Shown in pieces: positions 9,865 to 20,700 of a DNA stretch of 64,000 nt. The translations under genes were made by a program, and so were the position numbers. This DNA comes from Thermoguttaceae bacterium (lineage in GTDB: Bacteria; Planctomycetota; Planctomycetia; Pirellulales; Thermoguttaceae): assembly GCA_040768665.1 (NCBI GenBank), contig JAXGMN010000031.1:36369-100368 (forward strand), written 5' to 3'. The notes under the pieces were generated by a model, which was not told the origin of the DNA, did not search any database, and was given only the letters and a program-made list of their open reading frames with translations. The first letter of the stretch is position 1. Each line of letters starts with the position of its first letter.

Positions 9865-10065
9865 GGTTGCCTCCGGGTGGCGGATCCGAAGTAGAGATGG
9901 CCGGACATTCGTTTCTTCCGGCCAACGTGGATTCTAGTCTGCGGTACGGCGATTGGACAACGGGTTCACGGAAAACGAAAGGACGCGTGTTGTACGGGCC
10001 TCGCCACACTTGTACACTCGACCTATCAGACCCGCGCCGCAATACCACGATGGAGAGAGGAAGCG

Positions 10066-11718
10066 ATGGGAACACTCGCCCTGGCAGCCTTATTGGTTTC
10101 CGCGCACACGTTCATCTACGATGCGGAAGTGCTGCCGAACGAGGCCTCGCCGCCGTGGTCGTTTCGGGAGACCGCGAACTGCTCGGTCGCTGTTGAAGAC
10201 GGGACTCTCCACGTCCGCGACGATGGCACGGCGCATGGCCAATTGCAGTTCATCAGCTATCCGTGGGAGGCGAGCGCGGGGCTGCCTCACAGCGTCGAAG
10301 CGAGGGTCCGCGTGGCGGAATGCTCCGGTCCGGCGGGAGTCGTCCTGCTGGCGGCGGACGGCGTTCGCGAGATCGGCCTGACCCTGTTTCCCGACCGGAT
10401 CGAGATCCACCGGCTCGAGGTCCGCGCCGACGTCAACCTCGCCGACGATTTCCACGCGGTTCGGCTCGAAATGGCCGGCGACGATGCCGCGGTGAAGGTC
10501 GATGGCCGGCTGGTGCTTGACCTGGCCGGCAAGTCGATTTGGGACGCTCACGATGACCGAAACCTTGTCGGCTTCGGCAGCCTGAGCTCTGCGGCCACTG
10601 GCGAAGCATGGTGGGACTCGGTAAGCTGGTCGGTCGAGCAGCCCGAGGTTTCGGTCTACCCGAACGCCGAGCACCATATCGTATTCAAGCAGGACGGTGT
10701 TTACGCCTGCTTTCCGAGCCTCTATCAATACGACGACGGCACGCTGGTAAGCAGTTTCGGTACGCGGGTGCACCGCAGCCACATCGACCCCACCGGCGGC
10801 TCCGCCCGGAGAGTCAGTCGCGACGGGGGCGTTACCTGGAGCGATGCCGGAGCTGATGTGCCGAGCTATAACCCGGCTGCGGTTCGCGCCGACGGCCATT
10901 TGGCACTGGCAAACGCCATCGGCTGGCGCTACACGGACGAACGCGAATCGGAACGGTTGAAGGCGGAGGGACGGACGGTTCGCGACGTTCGACCGGGCAC
11001 GGTGGCCTACCTGAGCGGCGCCCGCTCGATGGTCCGCAGTATTGGTGGTCAGGTGATTCGCCCGTGGACCGAAATCGAGGTGCCGCCGGGCGGAGGGATG
11101 ATGACGTTCCACCAGGCTGCCTACCTCAATCTTGGCGATGGGGTGCGCCTGGTGGGCATCTACGGCACGGGGCCGACGGGACGCCGCAGCGCGTTCGTGC
11201 TTAGGACGGAAGACGACGGGGAAACCTGGATGTGTCTGCCGATGGCCCCGGGCGACGAGCGGATGAGCTACAACGAGACCGCGTTGGGAGCCAATGCCGA
11301 CGGCCACGTGATTGCACTGATGCGGACTGCCGAATCGGTGGACAAGAAACAGGCCGGTAATCTCTACCAGGTAACGTCGACCGACCGCGGCAAGACCTGG
11401 TCCAAGCCTGTCAACACCGGCATCTGGGGCTATCCCGCTCACCTGCTCCGTTTACCCGACGGACGACTCATGGCGACTTACGGCTACCGCCGGGCGCCGA
11501 AGGGAATCCGCGCCTGCCTCAGTCGCGATGGAGGAAAAAACTGGGACCTCGATCATGAAATCATTCTCCGAGCCGACGGTTTTGGCAGCGGCAGCGATCT
11601 CGGGTATCCGATCACCACGCTCTTGTCCAACGGGGTGCTGGCGACGGTCTACTACTTCAACGGCGTCGACAACATCACGCACATTGCTCTGACCCGATGG
11701 AAGCCGCCCGCAAGGTAA
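10066..11718 (+). CDS. Secreted BNR-repeat glycosidase (sialidase-like beta-propeller) with N-terminal lectin-like domain
   Basis: 550 aa. Signal-like N-terminus. At least four BNR/Asp-box motifs (DGGVTWSD, DDGETWM, DRGKTWSKP, DGGKNWD). Confidence 0.7.
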   Translation: MGTLALAALLVSAHTFIYDAEVLPNEASPPWSFRETANCSVAVEDGTLHVRDDGTAHGQLQFISYPWEASAGLPHSVEARVRVAECSGPAGVVLLAADGVREIGLTLFPDRIEIHRLEVRADVNLADDFHAVRLEMAGDDAAVKVDGRLVLDLAGKSIWDAHDDRNLVGFGSLSSAATGEAWWDSVSWSVEQPEVSVYPNAEHHIVFKQDGVYACFPSLYQYDDGTLVSSFGTRVHRSHIDPTGGSARRVSRDGGVTWSDAGADVPSYNPAAVRADGHLALANAIGWRYTDERESERLKAEGRTVRDVRPGTVAYLSGARSMVRSIGGQVIRPWTEIEVPPGGGMMTFHQAAYLNLGDGVRLVGIYGTGPTGRRSAFVLRTEDDGETWMCLPMAPGDERMSYNETALGANADGHVIALMRTAESVDKKQAGNLYQVTSTDRGKTWSKPVNTGIWGYPAHLLRLPDGRLMATYGYRRAPKGIRACLSRDGGKNWDLDHEIILRADGFGSGSDLGYPITTLLSNGVLATVYYFNGVDNITHIALTRWKPPAR

Positions 11719-11864
11719 TGGCGGTTTTGCGAAGCGCCAGCGAGGCCGCACAGCGAGTTCCCCTTGCTTGCGCAGACCCCGTGCGTGCTCCGTCCCCTGC
11801 CGTGCCAGGGAATCATTCCCCCGCCATTGCTGCTGGGTGGCGCGTGAGGTAATTTAGAGGCCCT

Positions 11865-11962
11865 GACAAAACGGGGACAGGCACCTCGCCGGGACGTGTA
11901 TTCTGCGTGCCTTGCCGCTGTTTTGGCTCGGAGCCAGTCCCCGTTTTGTTAGGACCTTTTAT
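11865..11962 (+). promoter_or_regulatory. Long structured inverted repeat followed by a U-tract, lying between the BNR gene and the enolase-family gene. It may be a terminator or an attenuator-like leader.
   Basis: GACAAAACGGGGAC (11865-11878) pairs perfectly with GTCCCCGTTTTGT (11937-11949) across ~58 nt. The spacer contains smaller palindromes (GGCAC..GTGCC, GGCTCGGAGCC). CTTTTATAGAAATTT follows. Confidence 0.4.
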
Positions 11963-12002
11963 AGAAATTTGCCCGACGGGCTGCCTCGGGAGCATTGCTG
12001 CC

Positions 12003-13181
12003 GTGCGGATTGTTGAATTCTGCGTTCACCTGGTCAAACTGCCTTTGAAGCGAGAGATCAAGCACGCCTCGCATTCGCGACACCATAGCGCGAATCTGTT
12101 GGTCCGCTGCCGCCTGGCCGATGGGACGGAAGGTTGGGGCGAAGGAGTGCCTCGACCGTACGTCACCGGCGAGACTCCTGAAGGGGCCTTGGATCAGATG
12201 AAATCGACCCCGCTGATCGCGCAGTTCGATCGCGACTGCCGGGACTGGGACGATGTGGTTGCGGTCTGCGAACGATTTGAGCCGGCGGTCCACGAGGACG
12301 ACCCTCGCAAGTGCCGGAGCAATTCGCTTCGCTGTGCCGTCGAATTGAGCGTGCTGGACGCGTATGGCCGGCTGTTCGGCGAGCCGGTCGCGGCGGTTGC
12401 TCGGCGATACGCGCCCGCCGACTTGTTGGATCCAAAACCGATGGTCCGCTATTCGGGTGCCGTCATGGCCGAAGGCGACGTGGCGGAGCGGATCAGCGCG
12501 TTGAAGATGCGGGTCTACGGCTTTCGCGAGTGCAAAGTGAAGGTGGGGGTTGCGGGCGCCGACGATCGCAAGCGGCTCGCGAGGATACGTCGCTGGATCG
12601 GTCCGCGGATGGATCTGCGGATCGACGCGAACGAATCCTGGGATGAGGCCGAAGCGGCCGACAGGATTGAACCGCTGCTGCCGTACGGCATTTCCGCCGT
12701 GGAACAGCCACTGGCGCACGAACAGTTGGCCGCGATGCCCGAATTGCGTCGCCGGGTGCCGGTGCCTATGATGCTCGACGAGTCGCTGACGAGCATGGTC
12801 GACGCCCAGACCGCCGTTCGGCTGGGGGCATGCGACCTTTTCAATATCCGGCTCTCGAAATGCGGGGGTTTCCTGGCAAGTCTGCGCCTGGCGGCCTTTG
12901 CTCGCGGCGCGGGAATTGGATACCAGTTGGGATGCCATCCCGGAGAATCGGCCATCTTGTCGGCCGCCGGCCGTCACTGGGCATGCTCCGTTCGGGACAT
13001 CCGGTATCTGGAAGGGTCCTACGACCGGCACGTGCTTCGCGAACTGCTCACCCGGGAAGACATCACATTCGGCTACGGCGGCCGCGCCCCAGCGATTTCC
13101 GAGCCGGGATTGGGTGTGACCGTCCGCCCGGAGGTGCTCGATCCGCTGGTCGCCACGAAGCAAACCTATCGACTCGGTTGA
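12003..13181 (+). CDS. Enolase-superfamily enzyme, mandelate racemase / muconate lactonizing enzyme family (dipeptide epimerase / o-succinylbenzoate synthase-like)
   Basis: The ORF track starts at 11907, which is inside the upstream inverted repeat. The family-typical N-terminus (RIVEFCVHLVKLPLK) begins at an in-frame GTG at ~12003. Metal-ligand contexts are KVKVG, LRIDANESWD, VEQPL and MLDESL. Confidence 0.7.
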   Translation: MRIVEFCVHLVKLPLKREIKHASHSRHHSANLLVRCRLADGTEGWGEGVPRPYVTGETPEGALDQMKSTPLIAQFDRDCRDWDDVVAVCERFEPAVHEDDPRKCRSNSLRCAVELSVLDAYGRLFGEPVAAVARRYAPADLLDPKPMVRYSGAVMAEGDVAERISALKMRVYGFRECKVKVGVAGADDRKRLARIRRWIGPRMDLRIDANESWDEAEAADRIEPLLPYGISAVEQPLAHEQLAAMPELRRRVPVPMMLDESLTSMVDAQTAVRLGACDLFNIRLSKCGGFLASLRLAAFARGAGIGYQLGCHPGESAILSAAGRHWACSVRDIRYLEGSYDRHVLRELLTREDITFGYGGRAPAISEPGLGVTVRPEVLDPLVATKQTYRLG

Positions 13182-13184
13182 ACT

Positions 13185-14030
13185 ATGCTCCCGGCAGCAC
13201 GCTTGATTCATGTGACCGCCAACGACGGGTACCGGTTTGTGACGCACCTGTGGGAGCCGCCTCGCGCGGCGGCAAGGCTGGTCTTCCTGCACGGCATCAT
13301 CAGCCATGCCGGATGGTATCCCCGATGCTGCCGATACCTGGCCGAAGAGGGGTTTGAAGTGCACTTTCTCGACCGGCGAGGCTCCGGGCTGAATCTTGCC
13401 GATCGGGGCGATGTCGCGGCATGGGAGATCTGGCTCGACGACGTGGAAGACTACCTTGAGCAACTGCCCAGCGACATGCCGCGGCTGTTGTTCGGGATTA
13501 GTTGGGGAGGGGTGCTTGCTTGTGCGGTCGCCAGGCACCGGCCGGATCTGGTGGCCGGCATAGGACTTGTCTGTCCCGGGTTGTTTGCGAGGCAGGCCGC
13601 CAACGGGGTCCAGCGGACGGCGATTCGTCTGGCGGTGCGGGCGGGACTGGCGCGTCGACGGGTGGCGATTCCTTTGCAGGACCCCGCGTTGTTCACCCAA
13701 TCGCCAGCGTATCGAGAGTATATCCAGACCGACCCGCTGACGCTTCGAACCATCACCCTTCGATTTGCCGAAGCCAACCTTCGATTGGCGAAATACGCCA
13801 CCGAAGCGCCCGAAGAGATTCGCGTGCCGACGCTTCTGATGCTCGCCGGGCGGGACCCGATCGTCGACAACGCCAAAACCCGCCGTTTCGTCGAGCGAAT
13901 TGCCTGCAACGAGAAGTGGATCCTCGAGTATCCGCAAGCAGGGCACACGCTGGAGTTCGAGCCCGATCCGTCGGGGTTCTTCACAGACCTGTCCGGCTGG
14001 GCGAAACGGTTCGAGTCCGGCGCCTCGTAG
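13185..14030 (+). CDS. Alpha/beta-hydrolase (lysophospholipase / monoacylglycerol lipase-like)
   Basis: 281 aa. HG oxyanion context LVFLHGIISHAGWY. Nucleophile elbow GISWGG (GxSxG). Lies 4 nt after the previous gene. Confidence 0.7.
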   Translation: MLPAARLIHVTANDGYRFVTHLWEPPRAAARLVFLHGIISHAGWYPRCCRYLAEEGFEVHFLDRRGSGLNLADRGDVAAWEIWLDDVEDYLEQLPSDMPRLLFGISWGGVLACAVARHRPDLVAGIGLVCPGLFARQAANGVQRTAIRLAVRAGLARRRVAIPLQDPALFTQSPAYREYIQTDPLTLRTITLRFAEANLRLAKYATEAPEEIRVPTLLMLAGRDPIVDNAKTRRFVERIACNEKWILEYPQAGHTLEFEPDPSGFFTDLSGWAKRFESGAS

Positions 14031-14044
14031 CGGTACGACGCCGG

Positions 14045-15451
14045 TCAGTTGGTCTCCGCGAATGTGCCGCCCAGACTGGCGGTGGGGTCGTCGGTCAGCG
14101 GCACGAACGGCTGCTGTTCGAGGAAGCTCACGAGCTTCTGCGACGCGCCCGGCTCTTGGAGCTTCCGCAGGGCCTTCGTTTCGATTTGCCGAACGCGTTC
14201 CCGCGTCACCGAAAAGATCTTGCCGATTTGCGAAAGCGTATAGCAGTGGCCGTCGGCTAACCCGTAGCGATGGCGAATGATCTCCCGCTCGCGGTAATCG
14301 AGCAGTTTCAGGGCATCGGCGATTCGTGACCGGAGGAGTTCCCGATTCATCTCGTCGAGCGGATCGTCCTGGCGGTGGTCACGAAGCAGATCGCCGATGC
14401 TGCACTCGTCCTGCCCGACCACCGGCTGATCGAGAGACAGCGGGGGACGATTCATCCGCAGGGCCCGGTTTGCTTTGGCCACCGAGACGTCGGCCGCTTT
14501 GGCCATGTCTTCGACCGAGGGTTCCGAGCTATTCTCCTGGACGAGCGACTGATTGATCGAGCGGACCTTGCTCATCGTCTCGATCATGTGGATGGGTACT
14601 CGGATCGTCCGGCTCTGGTCGGCAATCGCCCGGGTAATCGCCTGGCGGATCCACCAGGTGGCGTAGGTGGCGAACTTGTAGCCGCGAGAACACTCGAACT
14701 TGTCGACCGCTCGCATCAGCCCGGTGTTCCCTTCCTGGATCAGGTCGAGGAAGCTGAGTCCGCGGTTCCGGTAGCGTTTGGCAATCGAAACGACCAGACG
14801 GAGATTTCCGGCGGCGAGGAAGCGTCGGGCATCCTTGAGCCGCCGGTCGACCCTCTCCACGCGAGCCACACGCTTCCGCAACGTCGAGGGGCTTTCAAGC
14901 GTCGCTACCATCAACCGGCGAAGTTGTCGGCGGAGATCGCGGGCGGACTGGTGATTCTGGTCGCGATCGGCCAGTTGCCGGCCCAGGCGGTCCATCTCGC
15001 CCGAGATCTGCTTGAGTTCATCCAGCAGCGGCTGAATCTGCTGAGACCGCAAGCCGAACTCCTCGAGCAGAACGGCAGCCTTGGCCCTGCGGCAAGTCAG
15101 GCGCCGCCAGGCTTCGCGCCGCTTTGCTGGGGAAGTCGAGCGGCTGATGGCAACCGCGAAATCGCGGCGGTTTTCCGCGAGCAGGTGCCGAATGGTGCGG
15201 AGGTTTGGCTCCATCAAGGCAACCATCCGCTGTTTTTGGGGGACATCGGTCATCGAAACGTCCAAGGCCCGCTCGATTCGCTCTTCGCCATCGGCAATAC
15301 TTTCAAGCAACCGAACGGCTGCGGCAAGCGCGTAGTCCGTGGCGAGCACGCCCTCCCGGTAGCGCTTGCGAAGAAGCTCAATCCGCGTGGCTGCGGCGAT
15401 TTCCTCGCGACGCGTCAACAAGGGCGTATCGCTCATCTGTTCCAGATACAT
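14045..15451 (-). CDS. RNA polymerase sigma-70 family factor (RpoD-like, group 1/2)
   Basis: Region 1.2 [21 protein letters not shown]. Region 2 [56 protein letters not shown]. Region 4.2 [27 protein letters not shown]. The ORF track extends to 15607. The start is placed at the Met of MYLEQ. An upstream GTG is possible. Confidence 0.8.
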   Translation of the reverse strand: MYLEQMSDTPLLTRREEIAAATRIELLRKRYREGVLATDYALAAAVRLLESIADGEERIERALDVSMTDVPQKQRMVALMEPNLRTIRHLLAENRRDFAVAISRSTSPAKRREAWRRLTCRRAKAAVLLEEFGLRSQQIQPLLDELKQISGEMDRLGRQLADRDQNHQSARDLRRQLRRLMVATLESPSTLRKRVARVERVDRRLKDARRFLAAGNLRLVVSIAKRYRNRGLSFLDLIQEGNTGLMRAVDKFECSRGYKFATYATWWIRQAITRAIADQSRTIRVPIHMIETMSKVRSINQSLVQENSSEPSVEDMAKAADVSVAKANRALRMNRPPLSLDQPVVGQDECSIGDLLRDHRQDDPLDEMNRELLRSRIADALKLLDYREREIIRHRYGLADGHCYTLSQIGKIFSVTRERVRQIETKALRKLQEPGASQKLVSFLEQQPFVPLTDDPTASLGGTFAETN

Positions 15452-15840
15452 GCGAACCGCGCCGACTTCAAGATTTTCCACGCGTGGCTCCTCAATTCCG
15501 ATATGCGTGACGTGTTTCGCTGCGCACGGCGAACCTGGGCATAAGCGCGCCTGGGAAACCGAGGCCGACCGGCGACACCGCGACCGCGCACCACCGTGCG
15601 TGACCACCTTGCGGCAAAGGCCGGCACCGGAAAATTAGATGAGTTGACTCGGACTGCCGTAGCCGGTGCCGCCCAGGACAGTGCCGCAGATGCCTCTCTC
15701 TACTGCAAATACGCAGGGCTTCCGGAAAGGGTTGCACGAAAACGACGTTATTTGCCGCTTTTCTCCGTCGTATTTTCGGGTGGGTATATGCCGGTCAAGG
15801 TGCACATTTGCGCGGAGAAGATTCTGGCTGACCTGTCAAT

Positions 15841-17577
15841 TTGGTGAATATTTTCCGGTTCTGTCAGGTTTTCCGAAAAAATGAGATGCGACAACCAAAA
15901 AAGACTTTAAGGGCGGCTAGCTTGGGGGCCGATAATGAGCCGCAGACCATGATTGGTCGTTTCAGAGCCATGCGGGGGGGCACCCGTTTCCTGGCGAGTC
16001 GAAATTCCATGGCGCTAGCAAAACAGATTTGCAACGCGGGTCGGCAACGGTCGGTCAGATTCCATGTCGCAGTAGGGGTTCTGTTCATTCTGGCCGGCGC
16101 CGGTTTGGGACCTGCGGGAGCCGATGCCCAGCAGGCGGCCTCGCGGACCCCTCCGTGGCAACGTACGCCCACCACCCAATCAGTTCGCATAGTCGGGGCG
16201 GAGACGGCCACGGTGCCCACTGCGGTACCTGCAACCTCCACGCCACGCGCCGCGGCGCCTTCGACGACGAGCAGAAGCTTCACTCGCGCGCGGCAGGCGT
16301 CACAGATCACCTACTCAGACGCAGACGCTGTCGTCGAGGCCGCTCCGGGCGAGGTCTACTACGAAGGCGACCCTTCGATCGCCAACTCCATTACGATGCC
16401 AGGGCCCGTGACGTCCGGCTGCACCGATTGCGGGACTCCCGGAATGGGCGTTCCCGGCATGGGAATCGGCGAAGCGTTCTGGGGCGCCGGCGACGTGTAC
16501 GACAGCGGCGCGGCTTTCGTCCCATGGTGGGGGTTCGCCCCCGGGCGACTCTGGGTGCGTGGCGAGTCGCTGCTTTGGTGGACGGAAGGCACTCGCTTGC
16601 CGCCGCTGGTGACGACCAGCCCTCAAGGAACGGACCAAGAAGATGCGGGAGTCCTGCCGGATGCAACGATCCTTTTCGGCGACCAGGAAGTCAACGACGG
16701 CAGCCGTTCGGGCGGGCGGATCAGTTTCGGGCTGCGGCCGAATGAGTGCAGCCCTTGGGGAATCGAGACGAGCTACATGCGGCTCGGCTCGGAGTCGACG
16801 TCCTTCTTCGCAGAAGGCCAAAACGGCAGACCGATCCTGGCCCGGCCTTATTTCGACATCGAGGCGAATGAAGCCGCCGCGGCTCTCATCTCGTTCCAGG
16901 GCGAAGAAAACAGCTTCCAAGGGGAGGTTTCAGCCCTGGCGGCCGTCACTTTCCAGGGACTCGAACTGCTCATGCGGCGCCGGGTCTCCGACTGGTGCAC
17001 GGGAAGCTTCGACTTCATAGCAGGCTGGCGTTACTGGCGGTTGGACGACGATCTGATCATTGGCCAGGATGTCGACCGTCTGACCACTCCACAGGCAAAC
17101 ATCCAAGTGACCGACCGCTTCCTCACCGAGAACCGATTCAACGGTGGTGAAATCGGCTTCGTCACCGAGACGCAGTGGTGCCGATGGTCGTTCGGCGCAC
17201 TGCTCAAAGTTGGCATCGGCACCACCGATTCCCGTGTGACCATCGCCGGAACCACGGTCGTCGACGACGTTACGGACAACTACGGGTTGCTCGCCTTGCC
17301 GTCGAACATCGGCGTGTACAGTGATGACGAGTTTGCCATGGTTCCGGAGTTCGGCCTCACGGTGGGCTACGATTTGACGTGCAGACTGCGGGCGACGTTC
17401 GGCTATACGCTCATCTACTGGGGCGGGGTTGCCCGCGCGGCGGACCAGGTCAGCCTGGATCTGAACATTCCGAACGACAACGACCGGCAGGTCGGGCTTG
17501 CCCGTCCGGAGTTCCCGTTTGCAAGAACCGACTTCTGGGCCCAGGGTCTCAATTTCGGCCTGGAGTACCGCTTCTAA
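15841..17577 (+). CDS. Outer-membrane beta-barrel protein, candidate member of the planctomycete BBP7-type family (family-level guess from general features)
   Basis: The signal peptide MALAKQICNAGRQRSVRFHVAVGVLFILAGAGLGPAGADA sits internally, so the true start is probably 15886 or 16009. Ser/Thr/Pro-rich linker. The C-terminal half has alternating aromatic/hydrophobic residues and ends in ...GLNFGLEYRF with a terminal Phe, typical of OM barrels. Confidence 0.5.
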   Translation: MVNIFRFCQVFRKNEMRQPKKTLRAASLGADNEPQTMIGRFRAMRGGTRFLASRNSMALAKQICNAGRQRSVRFHVAVGVLFILAGAGLGPAGADAQQAASRTPPWQRTPTTQSVRIVGAETATVPTAVPATSTPRAAAPSTTSRSFTRARQASQITYSDADAVVEAAPGEVYYEGDPSIANSITMPGPVTSGCTDCGTPGMGVPGMGIGEAFWGAGDVYDSGAAFVPWWGFAPGRLWVRGESLLWWTEGTRLPPLVTTSPQGTDQEDAGVLPDATILFGDQEVNDGSRSGGRISFGLRPNECSPWGIETSYMRLGSESTSFFAEGQNGRPILARPYFDIEANEAAAALISFQGEENSFQGEVSALAAVTFQGLELLMRRRVSDWCTGSFDFIAGWRYWRLDDDLIIGQDVDRLTTPQANIQVTDRFLTENRFNGGEIGFVTETQWCRWSFGALLKVGIGTTDSRVTIAGTTVVDDVTDNYGLLALPSNIGVYSDDEFAMVPEFGLTVGYDLTCRLRATFGYTLIYWGGVARAADQVSLDLNIPNDNDRQVGLARPEFPFARTDFWAQGLNFGLEYRF

Positions 17578-17604
17578 ATAACTCGCCGGGGAGGGTGGCA
17601 ATCC

Positions 17605-17639
17605 ATCGGTGCGGCAGGCCGCCGGTCTGCCGCACCGAT
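17605..17639. terminator. Perfect 13-bp stem hairpin between convergent genes
   Basis: ATCGGTGCGGCAG-gccgccggt-CTGCCGCACCGAT. Confidence 0.4.
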
Positions 17640-17663
17640 TGCGTGTTATCTCTGAACCTAAGC

Positions 17664-17706
17664 CAGCAGCCCGGCTGCTCCAAAGCAGCCGGGCTGCTGT
17701 TTGATA
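17664..17706 (+). terminator. Intrinsic terminator of the OM-barrel gene
   Basis: Perfect 15-bp stem CAGCAGCCCGGCTGC-tccaaa-GCAGCCGGGCTGCTG followed by TTTGAT. Confidence 0.5.
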
Positions 17707-17747
17707 GGGCATGGGTAGGCGGACACGGAGCGGTCCCCCTGCAGGTC

Positions 17748-20700
17748 TTATTGGTTCCAGTCGCCGATTAGTTCGAGGACGTAGTCGATCGTCTGCCGCT
17801 CCACGGTGTCGTCGCCGCCGGCTTCGGAGATCGCCTGCATACGTTCGAAAGCGATCAGCTCGGCAAGGTAGTTGACGCCCGAGACGGTCGCCTTGTTGCC
17901 CGTGGCCGTGAGGTCGTCGTCACCGGTCGAATCGTAGACGATGGCGTTGTCGTCGCCGCCTTTGCCGTCGGCCTTCATCTCCTCGGCCCCGAAGACCTCG
18001 ACCATGTAACCGGCCCCGCGGAGCACGCCGTAACCGGGCCTGATCCGCGCCTCGTCGGCGCCGGCCTTGCCGTTGAGAGTCACCTTGTCGTTGCCGCCGA
18101 GGGCGTCGAGCATGAAGACGTCGACCTCGTCGGCGGAATAGGTCGTTGTCTTGCCGTTGACGACCACCGTGTGTGAATTCGCTCCCGCAGTGAACTGGAT
18201 GTCGTCGTTGCTCGAAGTCCCGGTAATCTTGACCTTCTTGATCCCGGTGAAGCTCGAGAAAACCTCCTCGCAGCCAGGCGTCGAGTTGAGGAAAAGGCGG
18301 ATGCCGACATACTGCGGATTGATGCCGGCCTCTGCGAAATTGTTGTCGGTAATGTGCGAGCCCGATTCCAGGACGATATTGGTAATTGAATTCCCGTTGG
18401 CGGTTCCACCCCCGCTGCCGGCCTCGGCCTTGCCGTCGCGGAACTTTGCGGGCTGGGTCTCGACGACTTCGTACGTGCCGGCCGGGATATCCTTGAACAG
18501 GTAGAAACCATCGGGGCCGGTCTTGACCGTTGCCACGTCGGACCATGTGGCGGTGTCGCCGGTGCCGGTCTTCTGCCGGAGTTTCACCGTCACGCCCGCC
18601 AGGCCCATATCGCCCTGGGTGCCGTTGCCGGGTCCGGCGTAGCCGTCCTGGCCGTCGCCCTCCATGTAAACGATTCCGGAGAGGCTGCCGCTGCCGACAA
18701 GAACCGAGATCGTCTCCTGATCGGTCTTTGCGCCGCCCGAGCCGGTGTTGCCCTTATCATTGGCCGTCACCTTGAGACTGTCGCTGCCGGCGTAGTTGGC
18801 GTTGGGCTTATATTTCAGGCCATTGGTGGCGGCCAGAGTGGCGTTGATCTTGGCCACCGTTCCCTTGAGGACCACTTTGGCGGTGCCGTTGCCGCTGACA
18901 CCGCCGGCTGCCACGCCCCCGCTCACGTTCGTCAGCACGGTCAATGTGCCGTGGCTCACCTCGAGCGTGACCTCGATTTCGCCGGTTCCCGCATCGGCAT
19001 CCGAAACGGAGATCCCGGTGATCTCTCGCTCCCCGTTCTTCGGTGCGACGACCGAGGCCGGCACGGTGAGCACGGGCGCGGCATTCACACCGGTGACGGT
19101 GATGGCAACCGTCTCCTGATCGGTCTTCGCGCCGCCGGTGCCGGTATTGCCCTTGTCGTCGGCCTTCACTTTGAGGCTATCGGCTCCGGTGTACGTGGCG
19201 GCCGACTTGTACTTCAGGCCATTGGTCGCGGCCAGCGTGGCATTAACCTGGGAAAGCGTTCCTGTGAGAACGATCTTGGCGGTGCCGTTGCCGCTGACAC
19301 CGCCGGCCGCCACGCCGCCGCTGACGTTGGTCAGCACGGTCAGCGTGCCGTGGCTCACCTCGAGCGTGACCTCGATCGCACCCGTCGCGGCATCCGGATC
19401 GGCGATGCTGATGCCGGAAATCGCCAGATCGGTGTTCTGGGCGATCGTTTTCGCGCCGGGCACGGTCACGACAGGCGCCTGGTTGGCCGTGGTTACCGTG
19501 ATCGAGAGATTTTTCGTCGCCGTCTTGGCGCCGCCCGACCCGGTATTGCCCTGATCGTTCACCGTAACTGCAAGCGTGTTGGGCGTGGTCGACTCGGTCG
19601 TGCCGCGATACTTCAGCCCGCCCGAGGCGGCCAGGGTGGCGTTGATCTTGGCCACTGTGCCGGTCAACGTTACGGTCCCGGTTCCATTGCCCTGGATATC
19701 CGCCGTGGCAAGACCGCCCGAAACGTCGGTCCGGAGCGTGAGACTGCCATGGCCAATGGCAAGCGTGACGACGACGTTGGCGGTGCCGGCATCGACGTCG
19801 GCGATGCTCACGCCGGAGACTGCCAGGTCGGTGTTGGGCGCGACGGCGAGTGCCGAGGGAACCGTGACCTGCGGAGCGTCGTTGACCGCGCTGAGCGTAA
19901 TGGAGACGGTCCCGCTGCCGCTCTGCGCCCCGCCGGTACCGGTATTGCCCAGATCGTTGGCCATCACGCTTAGCGTGGCGGTCGTGGTGTTGTTGGTCAG
20001 CCCCTTGTACTTTACTCCCTGGGCGTTGGCCAGTGTGGCGTTGATCTTCGCCCGGCTGCCGGTCAGCGTTACCGATGAGGTGCCATTGCCGGAGATATTC
20101 GAACCGGTAAGACCGCCAGAAACGTCGTTCTTGACGGTCAGGGTGCCGTGTGTCACGGTCAGCGTGACACGGATATCCGAAGAACCGGCATCGGCGTCGG
20201 CGATGCTGATGCCGGTGATGTACTTGTCGGTGTCTTCCGTGGCGCTCTGGGTTCCGGGAACGGTCACCACCGGGGCCTGGTTGGCGCCGGCCACGGTAAT
20301 TGGCAGATCCTTGATGGTCGTTTTCGCGACGCCGGAGCCGGAGTTGCCTTGGTCGTTGGCCGTGATGGTGAGCGTTTCGGGGCCGGTATAGCCGGTCGTG
20401 CCGCGGTACTTGAGCCCGGCCGAGGCATCCAGCGTGTTCTTGATCTTGGCCAACGAGCTCGTCACGGTCACCGTGCCCGTGCCGTTGCCGACCACGTCAG
20501 CCGCCACCAGGCCACCCGTCACGTCGGTCTTGAAGGTCAGCGTGCCGTGGTCGACCTCGAACTTGACCTCGACCGTCGCGCTGCCGGCGTCGGCGTCGGT
20601 GATGCTGATCCCGGAGAGCACAAGTTCCGCCCCCGACGGCACCGCCTGTTCGCCGGGGATCGTGATCACCGGGGCGTCGTTGACCGCCGTGACGGTAATC

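Noticed and set aside
9140-10075. 311-aa minus-strand ORF overlapping the RraA-like gene in another frame
   Set aside because: The Pro/Arg/Gly-rich translation has no motifs. The RraA-like frame carries the family signature.
10090-11442. 450-aa minus-strand ORF inside the BNR glycosidase gene
   Set aside because: Antisense artefact. The plus-strand frame has four Asp-box motifs and a signal peptide.
11949-13946. 665-aa minus-strand ORF spanning the enolase-family and hydrolase genes
   Set aside because: No motifs. It spans two well-supported plus-strand genes with family signatures.
14375-15544. 389-aa plus-strand ORF inside the sigma-factor gene
   Set aside because: Antisense to an unambiguous sigma-70 (regions 1.2, 2, 3, 4 all present on the minus strand).
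15780-15860. Possible sigma70 promoter (CTGACC / TGTCAA ... TATTTT) in the AT-richer divergent region between the sigma-factor and OM-barrel genes
   Set aside because: Hexamers and spacing are poor matches. Not reportable as a feature without transcript data.
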